Shown here: piece by piece, positions 51,801 through 62,243 of the stretch | Layout: each line of letters begins with the position of its first letter | How positions within the stretch are numbered: the first letter of the stretch is position 1 | NCBI GenBank assembly: GCA_964016885.1 | Contig: OZ024745.1 | Coordinates: 18,538,001 to 18,602,000 of the forward strand | Source of the DNA: Eledone cirrhosa | Taxonomy: Eukaryota | Length of the DNA stretch: 64,000 nt | Reading direction: 5' to 3' | Program-made: the position numbers and the translations under genes | Notes under the pieces: model-generated | The model's database searches: none | The model's input: the letters and a program-made list of their open reading frames with translations, nothing else | What the model was told of the DNA's origin: nothing

Positions 51801-54782
51801 TCCAGTAGCCGGGTCCTCGTCTATGAAGCCTATCTAAGTCAAGCACACAGATCACGAATTTGTGGTCCGTGTAGCTGACTATCTTGAATTGTGGACAGCC
51901 TATGCTAGACCTATCTATTTCCCTACAAAATACTCTATCTAGATATGATCTGGATGACCCTATGCGATTTGTCCAAGTCCACATTGGTACATTCGGGAAA
52001 TCCATTCGGTACCTGTCAGACAGTTCAAAACGTCTGAGCAGGTTGGTGAGACTCTTGCACCCTCCTTCTCTATCCACTAATCCCACACAATCCCAGCGTG
52101 CATCTAAGATCCCGTTCCAGTCGCCCACTAACACTAAAGAGCGGGACGTTCCAAGAAAGGTCTCCAGACGCCGGAAGAAATCAGGCCGCCCTGCTCCTGT
52201 CGGGGCATAGACGGCCACTAACCTGAAAGCTTGCCCGTCTCCGCTGGTCACGTCCAGCACCACCAACTTACCTTCTGGGTCCAGGAAGATGGCCCGTATG
52301 GCAAGATCCAAACCTCTCCGAAAAAGCACAGCAACTCCTCCCCCCGATCCCGGACGGCTGGGAGATGCGTACACATCGTAGCCGCCGAAGATCGGTGCGA
52401 AAGCCTGTGCTTCGGAGATTCTGGTCTCGCTGATGGCCACTACATCTATGTTTAGTGACCTGAGGTCGTTGAGCAGGTGGCCCTGCTTCCATGACGACCC
52501 CAAGCCACGCGCATTTATGCTGCCTATTCTGAGTGAGGTCATGTTGAAAAGGAGTGGAAAAGATGGGAAAAACCACTTACCTTACTTCTCGTAGGGGAAG
52601 GACGGCTTTTCCATCCTTTTCACTGCTTGTGGCCTCCTCAGGAAGGATGTCCTTATAAATCCTCCTGGAGAGTGCTTGTCGGAAGTCTCCGATGTCTTTG
52701 GGGAATTTTTGTTTTAGTGTCATGTACGTTTTCTGTGTGATGCGAGTGATTTGTATGTGTGGAGGTGGTGTGAATTTTGGGGTTGTTGTGTAGTCTTTTT
52801 CTGTGATGCTGGTGTTGTGTTGGATGTAGTGTAATAATTGCTTGTTGTTCAAATTTAATGCTGTGTAGTGTGTATCGTTTTGGTTGTTTTGTTTTGTTTG
52901 CGTTTGTTGTGGGTTTGTTTCTGTTTCGCTTTTTGGTGACTTTTGTGGTGTAGGTGATGGTGGTGCTGGGGATAATGATGGTGATGGTGTTGGTGTTTGA
53001 GTTGATGGGGTTGGTGATGCTGGTGTGGATGGTGGCATATCTGTCCTAACTTTTTTGTTTCTTAGTTTATTTGTTTCCCTCTGTATTTTGTTTTTGGAGG
53101 GGGAAGGAAGAGAATTTTTTCTTTTTTGGTTTCTTTTATTTTTCCGGATATCGTTTCCCACTCCTCGTCGTCACAATCTGTCTCCAGTTGTGATAGGCCG
53201 GGGAGTGGAAAATCCTCCACAGCCGTTAGTTTTGGTTGTGGTGTGGTGGATGGTGTAGGCGCTGGTGCTAGTTCTGAAGCGTTGGGTGGTGGTGGTGTTG
53301 GTTTTGCTGGTGGTGGTAGTGGTGTTGGTTTTGCTACTGTTGCTGGGGTTGTTGCTGTTATAGTTGCTTCTGTTGTTGCTGCTACAGTTGTTGCTGGCAT
53401 CTCTGCTACTGGTGGTGTTGATGGTTGTGTCACTGGGGTGGGTAGGAGAGGTGGCCTCAACCTTTTAGCCTGAGGGCAGAAAGCCCTTAGGTGGGTTCCT
53501 TCACCACAAACGACACACCTAGGTCTTCTGCCCTCGACAATTACCGTGAGGTGGCTGCCGTCAGTGAGGTCTATTACCTCTGGGATCTCCTCAATGCTTT
53601 TTTGGTCCGCTTGGATCAGGAGCTCCATCCCAGATCCGGACCAGTTTTCCGGCTTTTCTTTTGCTATTGTTATTATTTTCGTGTTGGCCTCGATGCCGGC
53701 GATGACAGCCGCTATTAGCCAGGGAATTTCGATGGCCGGTGGAACGTGGGTCACCCTGATCTTTACGAGTCTCTGGCCACAATAGCTTGGGACGAGTGTG
53801 AAGTCCTCACTTTTTAATGGGGCCATGGAGTGTTCTCTAGCCTCCTCTGGTGTTTCAAAGAACACATCCACGGTTCCATACTTTTGCCCACGCCTGATGT
53901 GGGTTTTTCTTGCCCACACATGTCCCAAAGCTTTTTGGATTTGGGACTCGGATGCCCGTTCCACTCGGCGCGATTTTACATTTATTGTTCTATACGACAC
54001 GGTGCATAGGCGCCGATGCTCCATTTTATTAGGTGTGGGGGGGGGGGGGCTGACCCTGTACCCATCTTTCTTTACCATTTGTTTGGCATTTTCTAAATCT
54101 TCTTGAGTTACCGTGAACGCTTCGAATTGTTTTGCTACGATGGCGAAACTGAGGGTCGGTTTTATAATGTCATTGTTGTTGTTGTTGCTATCGTTATTTG
54201 TGTTAATATTAATTTTAGTTTCAGTTGTGGTGGTAGTGACGTCAGTCGTCTTTGGTGTGGAAGAGTCCATTTTGCTAAATTTCAATTCGACATCACGAGT
54301 TAATTTATTTTTTTCTTCTTTTGTTTCTGTTGTCGCGGTGGTGGTGGTGGTGGTGGTTGTCGCGGTGGTGGTGGTGGTGGAGGGTTTAACACCTGCAGTC
54401 ATTGGTAATGGCGGGAAATGAATGTCTGCCTGAGACAAATTTAAAATATTGCTACTGCTTATATTTTTTTTTGTGTTGGCAAACGTAGTAACATTTACAA
54501 TGGTGGTGTCGGTGTGAGGTGTTATTTTGTGAGGAAGGCTTTCAGCTGCTTCGTGCAGAGGGGAATTAGCCATTTTTTTTCAAAGAAATTTTTGGATAAT
54601 AATAAAAGTTAAAATTTTGGGCACAAGGCCCCAATCTTTTTGGGTGTCCTTTTCGGAAAACAATGTATGTGTGCTTATAAACAGTTTACAATAAAATTTT
54701 CCATAAATGGCAATTTTTAAACAAACGGAAATAACAAACCTTTGCGGAGCTCACGATAATACGATTTCCTACGTAGGTCGCC
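48870..54782 (-). mobile_element. Copy 11: full-length Tx1-like family A, recombinant of copies 12 and 10; inactivated
   Basis: ORF1 52577-54573 is frameshifted near 53140. ORF2 49123-52542 has the same two frameshifts as copy 10. The 3' part matches copy 12. Confidence 0.93.
52577..54573 (-). pseudogene. Tx1-like ORF1 type 1 (gag-like, CCHC knuckle), split by a frameshift
   Basis: RPRCVVCGEGTHLRAFC; P/T-rich linker; C-terminal part continues in ORF 52577-53161. Confidence 0.8.
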
Positions 54783-54850
<68 letters not shown>

Positions 54851-55110
54851 TTTCTTTATTAACCACAAGGGTTTACATAAAGTAGACATTAAGGACAGTG
54901 CAGGACAATGCAGGACGGTACAAATGGGCATTTCTGCGTGTAAAAAAACAAAAACAGAGGATGTAACAAAAATAACAATGAAAATAACAATGAAAAATTC
55001 CCCAATAGGGGGGAGACTTCGGAGGGACATTTGTGGAGAAAGCCCAGTAAAAAGCCACAATGACCCTGACCACCAAGGCAAGTGCCCTCTCCCAGTTTTC
55101 CACCTTTAGT

Positions 55111-58100
55111 TTACAGATATATACTCAGAGTCGGCCCATTCACTCGGGCCATTCTTGCTTCTCTCACCCATCTTTCAACAAAATGCTGGGAAGAGAGCAC
55201 TTCCTTCTCTACTCTGATTTTCCTTTTCAAATGAAATTTGAAAAAGTCAATCAGAGCATCACCGAAGAGGTAAGTGCTCGTTTTCAGCCCTTTCAAACGT
55301 GTCCACCATACTATCTCTTTCGCCATGGCCACCAGACAGATAAAAACTGCCTGCCCTTCCCGGCTAAAGGAGGAGGGCGGGGCAATCCTCACGATAGACT
55401 CAGATGATAGCTGGATCCGTCCTAAACGCGACAGCAGGTGTTCGACATAAACCCACAAGTCAGCAATTTTCGGACACTGGACGAGTGCGTGCAGGACGGT
55501 TTCGTCGCCCTGCGCGCATCTCGGACATGCCCGGCTGACGGCACCTCCATGCCTGTAGAGTTTATCCCGAACTGGCAAGGCTCCTCGGTAGCACTGCCAG
55601 GCCAGAGATTTCTGGAAGTTGTCCATAGGCCCTGGCCCGAAAGTTCTTCCGAAGAGATTGGCTAGTTGATTTTCGTCGACGCCTAGAGTTTCCCCAAGTA
55701 CGTCGTCGCTCTTCCCCTCCACTAATCCTCTATAGAACGCCGAGGTGGAGTTTCCACCGATCACATTGCCCGATTGGTCGAGGGCTGTGAGCGCCTGAAG
55801 ACATTCCAGTCTCCAGGCGCTCCCTCTCGGTCTTCGCTTGACCCAGGACTGCAGCTCCGTCAAGGAAACGAGCTGGGGAAAAACGCGTCTAGCAAACGGC
55901 GACCACACCTGATCACCGTCGAGGAAGAGGTGGAGATGTCGTAGCCTGAGCGCGTGCCTGCGCATCATCAGCCACGGCATGCCCAGCCCTCCACGTAGCG
56001 GGTGTTGACAACAGATGGACCGCCTGACCATCGGAGCACGTCCCTTCCACAAAAAGCGAAAGAGCAAACGCTCCAGCGCAGTCAGGCGAGGCTTAGGACA
56101 AGGTACGACGGTTAGGCGGTAGCAGATGACAGACGCGATGTACGCGTTAGCCACCTCCGCTCGACCTTTCAGGGATAGCTTCCTCTCCGCCCATTTCTGG
56201 GTGAGAGAAGCCACCCTGCTCGTCACCTCGTCCCAGTTTTTGTCCGTCTGGAGGTCCGGACCGAACCAGACCCCTAGCAATTTAACCGGTCCGTCCGTCC
56301 AGCGCCCGACGACGCTGTTGGACGGCATGGACCTGCCTCTCCAGGTGCCGAGCTGCAGGCCCACTGACTTTTCCTGGTTGATCATTGCTCCTGTCACCGC
56401 TTCGTATTCTCTTAGTGTAGTGCCGATCGCCTCGATGTGTTTGGCGTTCGACACCACTACGGTGACATCGTCCGCATATGCTGACACGGATCTTCCGCAT
56501 CCTAGTTCGCGCGGGACTCCCCTCAACGTCTCCAGTTTGTGCAGTAATGGCTCGAGAGTCAATACGTACAAGAGGGACGAGAGGGGACATCCTTGGCGGA
56601 CCGAGCGCATGATGTTGAACGGTTCCGACAGGTGACCGTTCACTCTCACCACAGAGCAGATGTCGCTGTGCATGGCAGCGATCCAGCCTCTGAAGACGGG
56701 CCCAAAGCCAGCCGCCCTCAGGACTGCCGCTAGGTAACGATGGTCGACCCTATCGAAAGCTTTCGACTGATCTAAATTGATCAAGGACCCACCCGTGCCA
56801 GGTTCCCTAGCTACCCTCTCTACGATGTATCGCATGAGGTGGAGGTTGTCGTGGATGGATCTGTCGGGAATGGCGCATGTCTGCGCCTCTCCCACCAGAC
56901 CACCAACGACAAGCGCCAACCTCTTTGCTAGCACCTTGGCCAAAATCTTAAACTCTGTGTTTAGCAGAGTTATGGGCCGGAAATTGTCTATGTTATCCCC
57001 CTTGTTCGGATCCTTTCTCAGCAGTGCCACCGCTCCTCGGCTCACAGAACTGGGAATTCTCCCGTTCTGTTGCCAGTTGCAGTAGACGTCCGCCAAGAGG
57101 CCTCCGAACAAGTCTGGCATCTGTACGTAAAGTTCATAGGGCAGACCATCCAAACCAGGCGATTTACCCCTTGTGCAGCCAGTCATTGCCTCCCGTACTT
57201 CAGCGGCTGTTATCGGCTTTTCGCAACACTTCGCCTCAGTGGCCGAGAGCCGCGGCAGTCCGTCGAGGTAGACACTAAAGTCCATCCCTCTACCCGGCCC
57301 CCCGCTGCCCCCGAACAGCTGAGCGAAGTGTCGCTGAAAAGCTTCACACATTTGCCCGGGATCGAGTAGCATGCGCCCGTCGTGGTCCACCAAAGACCGG
57401 ATCGTGGCTTTGTTGCCACGACGCGCCTCCGCCACTCGGGCCCATTGAACGGCTTTCGTCCCCTCGTGTCTGAGAGCACGCACCCTAGCTCTGACAACGC
57501 AGCCTTCGTGCTTTGCATTGAAGAATTGGTCAAGGGCCAATTTCGCCGCAAGCACGTCGGTCGCAATGCCTTTGCTAAGCGCCTCGTCTAATTTTCTAAC
57601 TAGTTCTCCCTCTGCTCTATTTTTCTCTATTGCTAAAGCCTTACTAAACCTAATCGATTCTATTCTAATCGCTCTTTTCAGAGCAAACCACCACTTGTTG
57701 TTGACGATGGCCCCCGTCAACGCCCGCTTAACTAGTTCGCTAATCCGGTCTCTGTAGGCCTTGCGCGCTGGTAAGGACGCGTTTAGCTTCCAGTAGCCGG
57801 GTCCTCGTCTATGAAGCCTATCTAAGTCAAGCACACAGGTCACGAATTTGTGGTCCGTGTAGCTGACTATCTTGAATTGTGGACAGCCTATGCTAGACCT
57901 ATCTATTTCCCTACAAAATACTCTATCTAGATATGATCTGGATGACCCTATGCGGTTTGTCCAAGTCCACATTGGCACATTCGGGAAATCCAATCGGTAC
58001 CTGTCAGACAGTTCAAAACGCCTGAGCAGGTTGGTGAGGCTCTTGCACCCTCCACCCCTATCCGCTAATCCCACACAGTCCCAGCGTGCATCTAAGATCC

Positions 58101-58530
58101 CGTTCCAGTCGCCCACTAACACTAAAGAGCGGGACGTTCCAAGAAAGGTCTCCAGACGCCGGAAGAAATCAGGCCGCCCTGCTCCTGTCGGGGCATAGAC
58201 GGCCACTAGCCTGAAAGCTTGCCCGTCTCCGCTGGTCACGTCCAGCACCACCAGCTTACCCTCTGGGTCCAGGAAGATGGCCCGTATGGCGAGATCCAAA
58301 CCTCTCCGAAAAAGCACAGCAACTCCTCCACCCGATCCAGGACGGCTGGGAGATGCGTACACATCGTAGCCGCCGAAGATCGGTGCGAAGGCCCGTGCTT
58401 CGGAGATTCTGGTCTCGCTGATGGCCACTACATCTATGTTTAGTGACCTGAGGTCGTTGAGCAGGTGACCCTGCTTCCATGACGACCCCAAGCCACGCGC
58501 ATTTATGCTGCCTATTCTGAGTGAGGTCAT
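55111..58530 (-). CDS. ORF2, 1139 aa: APE endonuclease + reverse transcriptase + C-terminal zinc-finger-like domain (Tx1/L1 group)
   Basis: SINARG, AISET, AVYAP, LVGDWN, SYLDRVF, YTDH, GPGYWKLN, then RT motifs through AYADD and CPRC..HALVQC. Confidence 0.95.
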   Translation of the reverse strand: MTSLRIGSINARGLGSSWKQGHLLNDLRSLNIDVVAISETRISEARAFAPIFGGYDVYASPSRPGSGGGVAVLFRRGLDLAIRAIFLDPEGKLVVLDVTSGDGQAFRLVAVYAPTGAGRPDFFRRLETFLGTSRSLVLVGDWNGILDARWDCVGLADRGGGCKSLTNLLRRFELSDRYRLDFPNVPMWTWTNRIGSSRSYLDRVFCREIDRSSIGCPQFKIVSYTDHKFVTCVLDLDRLHRRGPGYWKLNASLPARKAYRDRISELVKRALTGAIVNNKWWFALKRAIRIESIRFSKALAIEKNRAEGELVRKLDEALSKGIATDVLAAKLALDQFFNAKHEGCVVRARVRALRHEGTKAVQWARVAEARRGNKATIRSLVDHDGRMLLDPGQMCEAFQRHFAQLFGGSGGPGRGMDFSVYLDGLPRLSATEAKCCEKPITAAEVREAMTGCTRGKSPGLDGLPYELYVQMPDLFGGLLADVYCNWQQNGRIPSSVSRGAVALLRKDPNKGDNIDNFRPITLLNTEFKILAKVLAKRLALVVGGLVGEAQTCAIPDRSIHDNLHLMRYIVERVAREPGTGGSLINLDQSKAFDRVDHRYLAAVLRAAGFGPVFRGWIAAMHSDICSVVRVNGHLSEPFNIMRSVRQGCPLSSLLYVLTLEPLLHKLETLRGVPRELGCGRSVSAYADDVTVVVSNAKHIEAIGTTLREYEAVTGAMINQEKSVGLQLGTWRGRSMPSNSVVGRWTDGPVKLLGVWFGPDLQTDKNWDEVTSRVASLTQKWAERKLSLKGRAEVANAYIASVICYRLTVVPCPKPRLTALERLLFRFLWKGRAPMVRRSICCQHPLRGGLGMPWLMMRRHALRLRHLHLFLDGDQVWSPFARRVFPQLVSLTELQSWVKRRPRGSAWRLECLQALTALDQSGNVIGGNSTSAFYRGLVEGKSDDVLGETLGVDENQLANLFGRTFGPGPMDNFQKSLAWQCYRGALPVRDKLYRHGGAVSRACPRCAQGDETVLHALVQCPKIADLWVYVEHLLSRLGRIQLSSESIVRIAPPSSFSREGQAVFICLVAMAKEIVWWTRLKGLKTSTYLFGDALIDFFKFHLKRKIRVEKEVLSSQHFVERWVREARMARVNGPTLSIYL

Positions 58531-58565
58531 GTTTAAAATAGAGTGGAAAAGATGGGAAAGACCAC

Positions 58566-60659
58566 TTACCGTACTTTTGGTAGAGGAGGGATGGTTTTTA
58601 CATCCCTTTTCACTTGATCGTCTGGTGAAGGGACCGTTGAATCGTCCCTTCGGCTGGTCGTCGGCTCTTCTAAGAGAATGTCTGAATATACTCTTCGATT
58701 AATGGTTCCTCCTAGGTCCCTGAAATCACCAACTGCGTTGGGGAATTTCGTTTTAATGTTTGTGTATTGTTTCTGTGCTATTTTTAGCAGTCTTATGTTA
58801 GTTGGCGTTTTGATTGGTGCTGGTATTATGTAGTCCTGTTGTGAAATGTCTGTGTGTTCAATTATGTAAGTCATTAGTTTCTTGTTGTGTGTGTTTATTG
58901 CCGTGCATTTGTTTTTCTGGGGGTGGGGTGTGGTTCTGCTAGTTTCTTGTCGTTGTTGCTGGGTGTGTGTGTTTTGTTGTTGTGTTTGCGATGTTGGTGC
59001 TTGTGGTGGTGGTGTTGAAGGTGTTGTTGGCGGTGGGGTTGTCGCCGGTGGTGATGGTGGTGCTGGTGTGGGTGGTGATGGTGTTGGTGGTGTTGCTGCT
59101 GTGGGTCTCTTTGCAGTAGACTTTACCCTTTTCTCATTTCTTTCCTCCCTTTTCAAAGGCGACGATGCGCTGCTTCTGCGTTTGTGCCTTCTTGCGACCT
59201 TTTGCCATCCCTCTCCCACCTCACACTCCATGTCTGATTCTGTAAGGTCGGGGAGGGGTACCAGCTCCACTCTTTCACTTGTTGTTGTTGGTGATGTTTG
59301 CACTGGAGTCTCTGTTGCAGCTGCATTTGGTATTGCTGTTGTTGTTGTTAATATTTCCACTGCTGCTGCTGTCTTTGATTTCCGTGGAGTGGGTATGGGT
59401 GCCACGGACCTATCGTTCCTGGTTGCCGCTTGTCCTGTTGCTGGTAGCCGTGGAGCCGGATTCGGAAGGAGGGGGGTTTTCTCCTTTCTCAGGGTCTTCT
59501 CGTTGCAGAAGGCCCTGAGGTGAGTCTTCGATCCACAGCGAAAGCATTTCGGGCGTTTGCCCTCAACACTTATGGGCAGTTGAGTGCCGTTATCGAAGTC
59601 TATCACATCCGGGATAGCTTCGATGCACTCCTGGTTGGTTTGGATTAGCATCTCAATGGAGGAGCCGACCCAATCTTCTCTTACTTTTTTCTGTACTTGC
59701 AGTACAGTTGTTTTGTCCTCGATTCCGACGAGGACAGACGCGGCCAGCCAAGAAGGGGTCATTCCGGGGGGGACGTGGGTCAGTTTGACCCTCACAATTT
59801 TTTGCCCGCAGTAGGAGGGCACCAACACCATTTCCTCGCTCCTTAGGGTCACTACTGATTGGGCCTTTGCCTCCTGGGGTGTGGCAAAAAGTACGTCTAC
59901 GGTGGCGTATTTTTTGCCTCGGGTGATGTGCGTTTTCCTCTGCCACACAGACCCCAAGGCTTTTTGTATTTGGGCCTCTGTGGCTCTTTCCACCCTACGG
60001 GATTTTGTACTTACTGTACGGTACGTGACCGTACAGTGCTCTTGGGTTTCGAAAAATTTGTTCGCTGCCTTGCAGATTGCTCGGTGTCCGTTCTTTGTCA
60101 CCATCTTCTTCGCTTCCTCTAATTCCTCATTTGTTATGAGGATTGTTTCCAAGTTTTTCGCAATACCTGCAAATGAGATTGGTTTTTCTCTGCTGTTGTT
60201 GTTGTCGTCAGAGCTGCTGGTACTTTTGTTGCTGCAGGTACTACGACTACTGCCTCCGCCGCTGTTGCTGTGGTTGTTGTTGGTGTTGCTGCTGCTAATG
60301 CTGTTGTTGTTTATGCTGCTGGTGATGCTGTTGCGGCTGCTACTGTTGTTTTCATTGTCACTGTTGCTGTTGTTATTACGGCTGCTACTGCTATTATTCC
60401 TGACGTCAGACGAATGAACTGGGTTTTCGTATTTCCCGCACACCTGTTTCGTCGCTGTCGTCGTCGTCGTGGAGAAACCTTGCACGCTTTGCACGAGACT
60501 TTTCTTTTCTTTCGTCGCTTGCGAAAGAGAAGGGAGGGAGAGAGACACATTTAAAGAAGGGAGGGAGAGAGACAATCTTCTCTCTGCTGTAGTGATGATT
60601 GAGGAAGAAGAAGACGGAATGAGTGGGAGTGACGTATGAAATTTCTTTTTGGTAGCCAT
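58566..60659 (-). CDS. ORF1 type 2, gag-like nucleic-acid-binding protein with CCHC knuckle
   Basis: First ATG at 60659 (MATKKKF); S/N-rich N-terminus; RPKCFRCGSKTHLRAFC; core homologous to ORF1 type 1 (CTV.YRT...KSRRVERA.E.QIQKALG.VW.RKTHI.RG.KY.TVDV). Confidence 0.88.
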   Translation of the reverse strand: MATKKKFHTSLPLIPSSSSSIITTAERRLSLSLPSLNVSLSLPSLSQATKEKKSLVQSVQGFSTTTTTATKQVCGKYENPVHSSDVRNNSSSSRNNNSNSDNENNSSSRNSITSSINNNSISSSNTNNNHSNSGGGSSRSTCSNKSTSSSDDNNNSREKPISFAGIAKNLETILITNEELEEAKKMVTKNGHRAICKAANKFFETQEHCTVTYRTVSTKSRRVERATEAQIQKALGSVWQRKTHITRGKKYATVDVLFATPQEAKAQSVVTLRSEEMVLVPSYCGQKIVRVKLTHVPPGMTPSWLAASVLVGIEDKTTVLQVQKKVREDWVGSSIEMLIQTNQECIEAIPDVIDFDNGTQLPISVEGKRPKCFRCGSKTHLRAFCNEKTLRKEKTPLLPNPAPRLPATGQAATRNDRSVAPIPTPRKSKTAAAVEILTTTTAIPNAAATETPVQTSPTTTSERVELVPLPDLTESDMECEVGEGWQKVARRHKRRSSASSPLKREERNEKRVKSTAKRPTAATPPTPSPPTPAPPSPPATTPPPTTPSTPPPQAPTSQTQQQNTHTQQQRQETSRTTPHPQKNKCTAINTHNKKLMTYIIEHTDISQQDYIIPAPIKTPTNIRLLKIAQKQYTNIKTKFPNAVGDFRDLGGTINRRVYSDILLEEPTTSRRDDSTVPSPDDQVKRDVKTIPPLPKVR

Positions 60660-60872
60660 GTTTTTTTGTTTAAAATGAAATTTTGGGTACAAAACCCCAA
60701 TAACTGGTTATTTAACCCCGAAGGGCCAAATAACGGACAGAAAGACCCCTCTCACGAGGAGGAGGGTGTCTTTATCAACAATTTGGTTCAAGTTTTAAAC
60801 AATTTACAATTGTTTTAACGGTTAAAAATTACTATACCTTACAGAGCCGAGCCTCCGTCAACCATGGCATTC

Positions 60873-60911
<39 letters not shown>

Positions 60912-62150
60912 CTGAATACATTCGGAGAGTAAGGAGCGTGTTAAAGTCACATCTGAACAGTAGGAATGCCATAAGTGCAGTAAATTCTCAAGCTGTGTCT
61001 ATTATTAGGCACAGTGCGAGAATTCTGAGATGGAATGTTGCTGAACAAAAAGAAATGGATAGGAAGACTAGGAAGCTATTGACTATCTACAACATGTTCC
61101 ACAAGAGTAGTGATGTCGATAGACTCTACTTAAGGATATCTGAAGGTGGAAGAGGTCTTATCAGCATAGAGGACTGTGTTCAGATGGAGAAATACAACCT
61201 ACACAAATACGTGACTGATAGTAAGGAGCCAATGATCAGAACTGTACTGAAGGAGAGGACAATAGACCAGGGGATGTCCAGGGAGGAAATAACAACAAGG
61301 AGAAAGAGCAGCCTTCAGGAAAAATCCCTTCATAGTACCTTCTTTGAGAAAACTGAATTCAGAGATCCACAGACATGGAACTGGTTGAAAAGAGGAGACC
61401 TTAAAAAGGCTACAGAAGGAATGTGACTGGCTGCGCAAGAGCAGGCCCTCAAAACGAAGTGGTTGAAACACCACATTTACAAGGAGGAGGCTAGCCCACT
61501 GTGCAGGATCTGTGGAGAGAGAGAGGAGACTGTGGCTCACATTGTATCCGAGTGTAAACACCTAGCCCAGACTCACTATAAGGGCTGGAGACATGATGTG
61601 ATGGGCAGGGTGATCCACAGGCACCTATGCAAAGTAAACAATTTACCACATTCTGAGAAGTGGTATGAGCATAAGCCAGAGGCGGTGATAGAAAACGATC
61701 AGGTGAAGGTGTTGTGGGATTTTAGGATACAGACGGACAAGAAACTGGAACACAATAGACCTGACCTGGTGGTTTTGGACAAAGAAAAAAGATCGTGCCT
61801 AATGGTGGATGTGGCCTGCCCATTCGACACGAGAGTGCAAGAGAAGGAGAGGGAGAAAATTAACAGATACCAGGACTTAAAGTGGGAGGTAAAAAGGATT
61901 TGGAACTGCCATGATGTCAAAGTGATCCCGATTGTCATAGGCGCACTGGGGACTATCTCAAAAAGTTTCCAGGGATGGTTAAAGAAAATTGGCCCCGCCA
62001 CGCTTTTTGGAACGCTTCAAAAGGCATGCTTGCTGGGAACAGCAAGAACCCTCCGATACGTCCTGAATATCTGAGGCTGCCGGTAGTGGCTTGATATTCA
62101 TCACAACAAACTTTCCAATTAACTAACATCAATGACTGAGACTCAAAGAG
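60912..62150 (+). mobile_element. Copy 13: Dong-like subfamily A', 5'-truncated, with in-frame stop
   Basis: ORFs 60938-61426 and 61463-62074 are collinear with copy 5; TGA at 61424-61426. Confidence 0.9.
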
Positions 62151-62157
62151 TAATAAC

Positions 62158-62240
<83 letters not shown>

Positions 62241-62243
<3 letters not shown>

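Larger units (their letters stand above)
54849..60872 (-). mobile_element. Copy 12: full-length, intact Tx1-like element with ORF1 type 2
   Basis: Uninterrupted ORF1 and ORF2, a ~210-nt 5'UTR, and a 3'UTR with AATAAA followed by (ATT)n. Confidence 0.95.

Noticed and set aside
53110-53165. Programmed -1 frameshift in ORF1 type 1 (same break in copies 10 and 11)
   Set aside because: No in-frame X XXY YYZ heptamer was found, ORF1 type 2 is continuous, and both copies share this segment by duplication. An inherited 1-bp deletion in an A-run is simpler.
29437-60554. Recurrent antisense ORFs on + over the Tx1-like copies (e.g. MTDAMYA..., MIKDPP..., 58882-59523)
   Set aside because: They are shadow frames of GC-rich coding sequence and recur only because the element is repeated.
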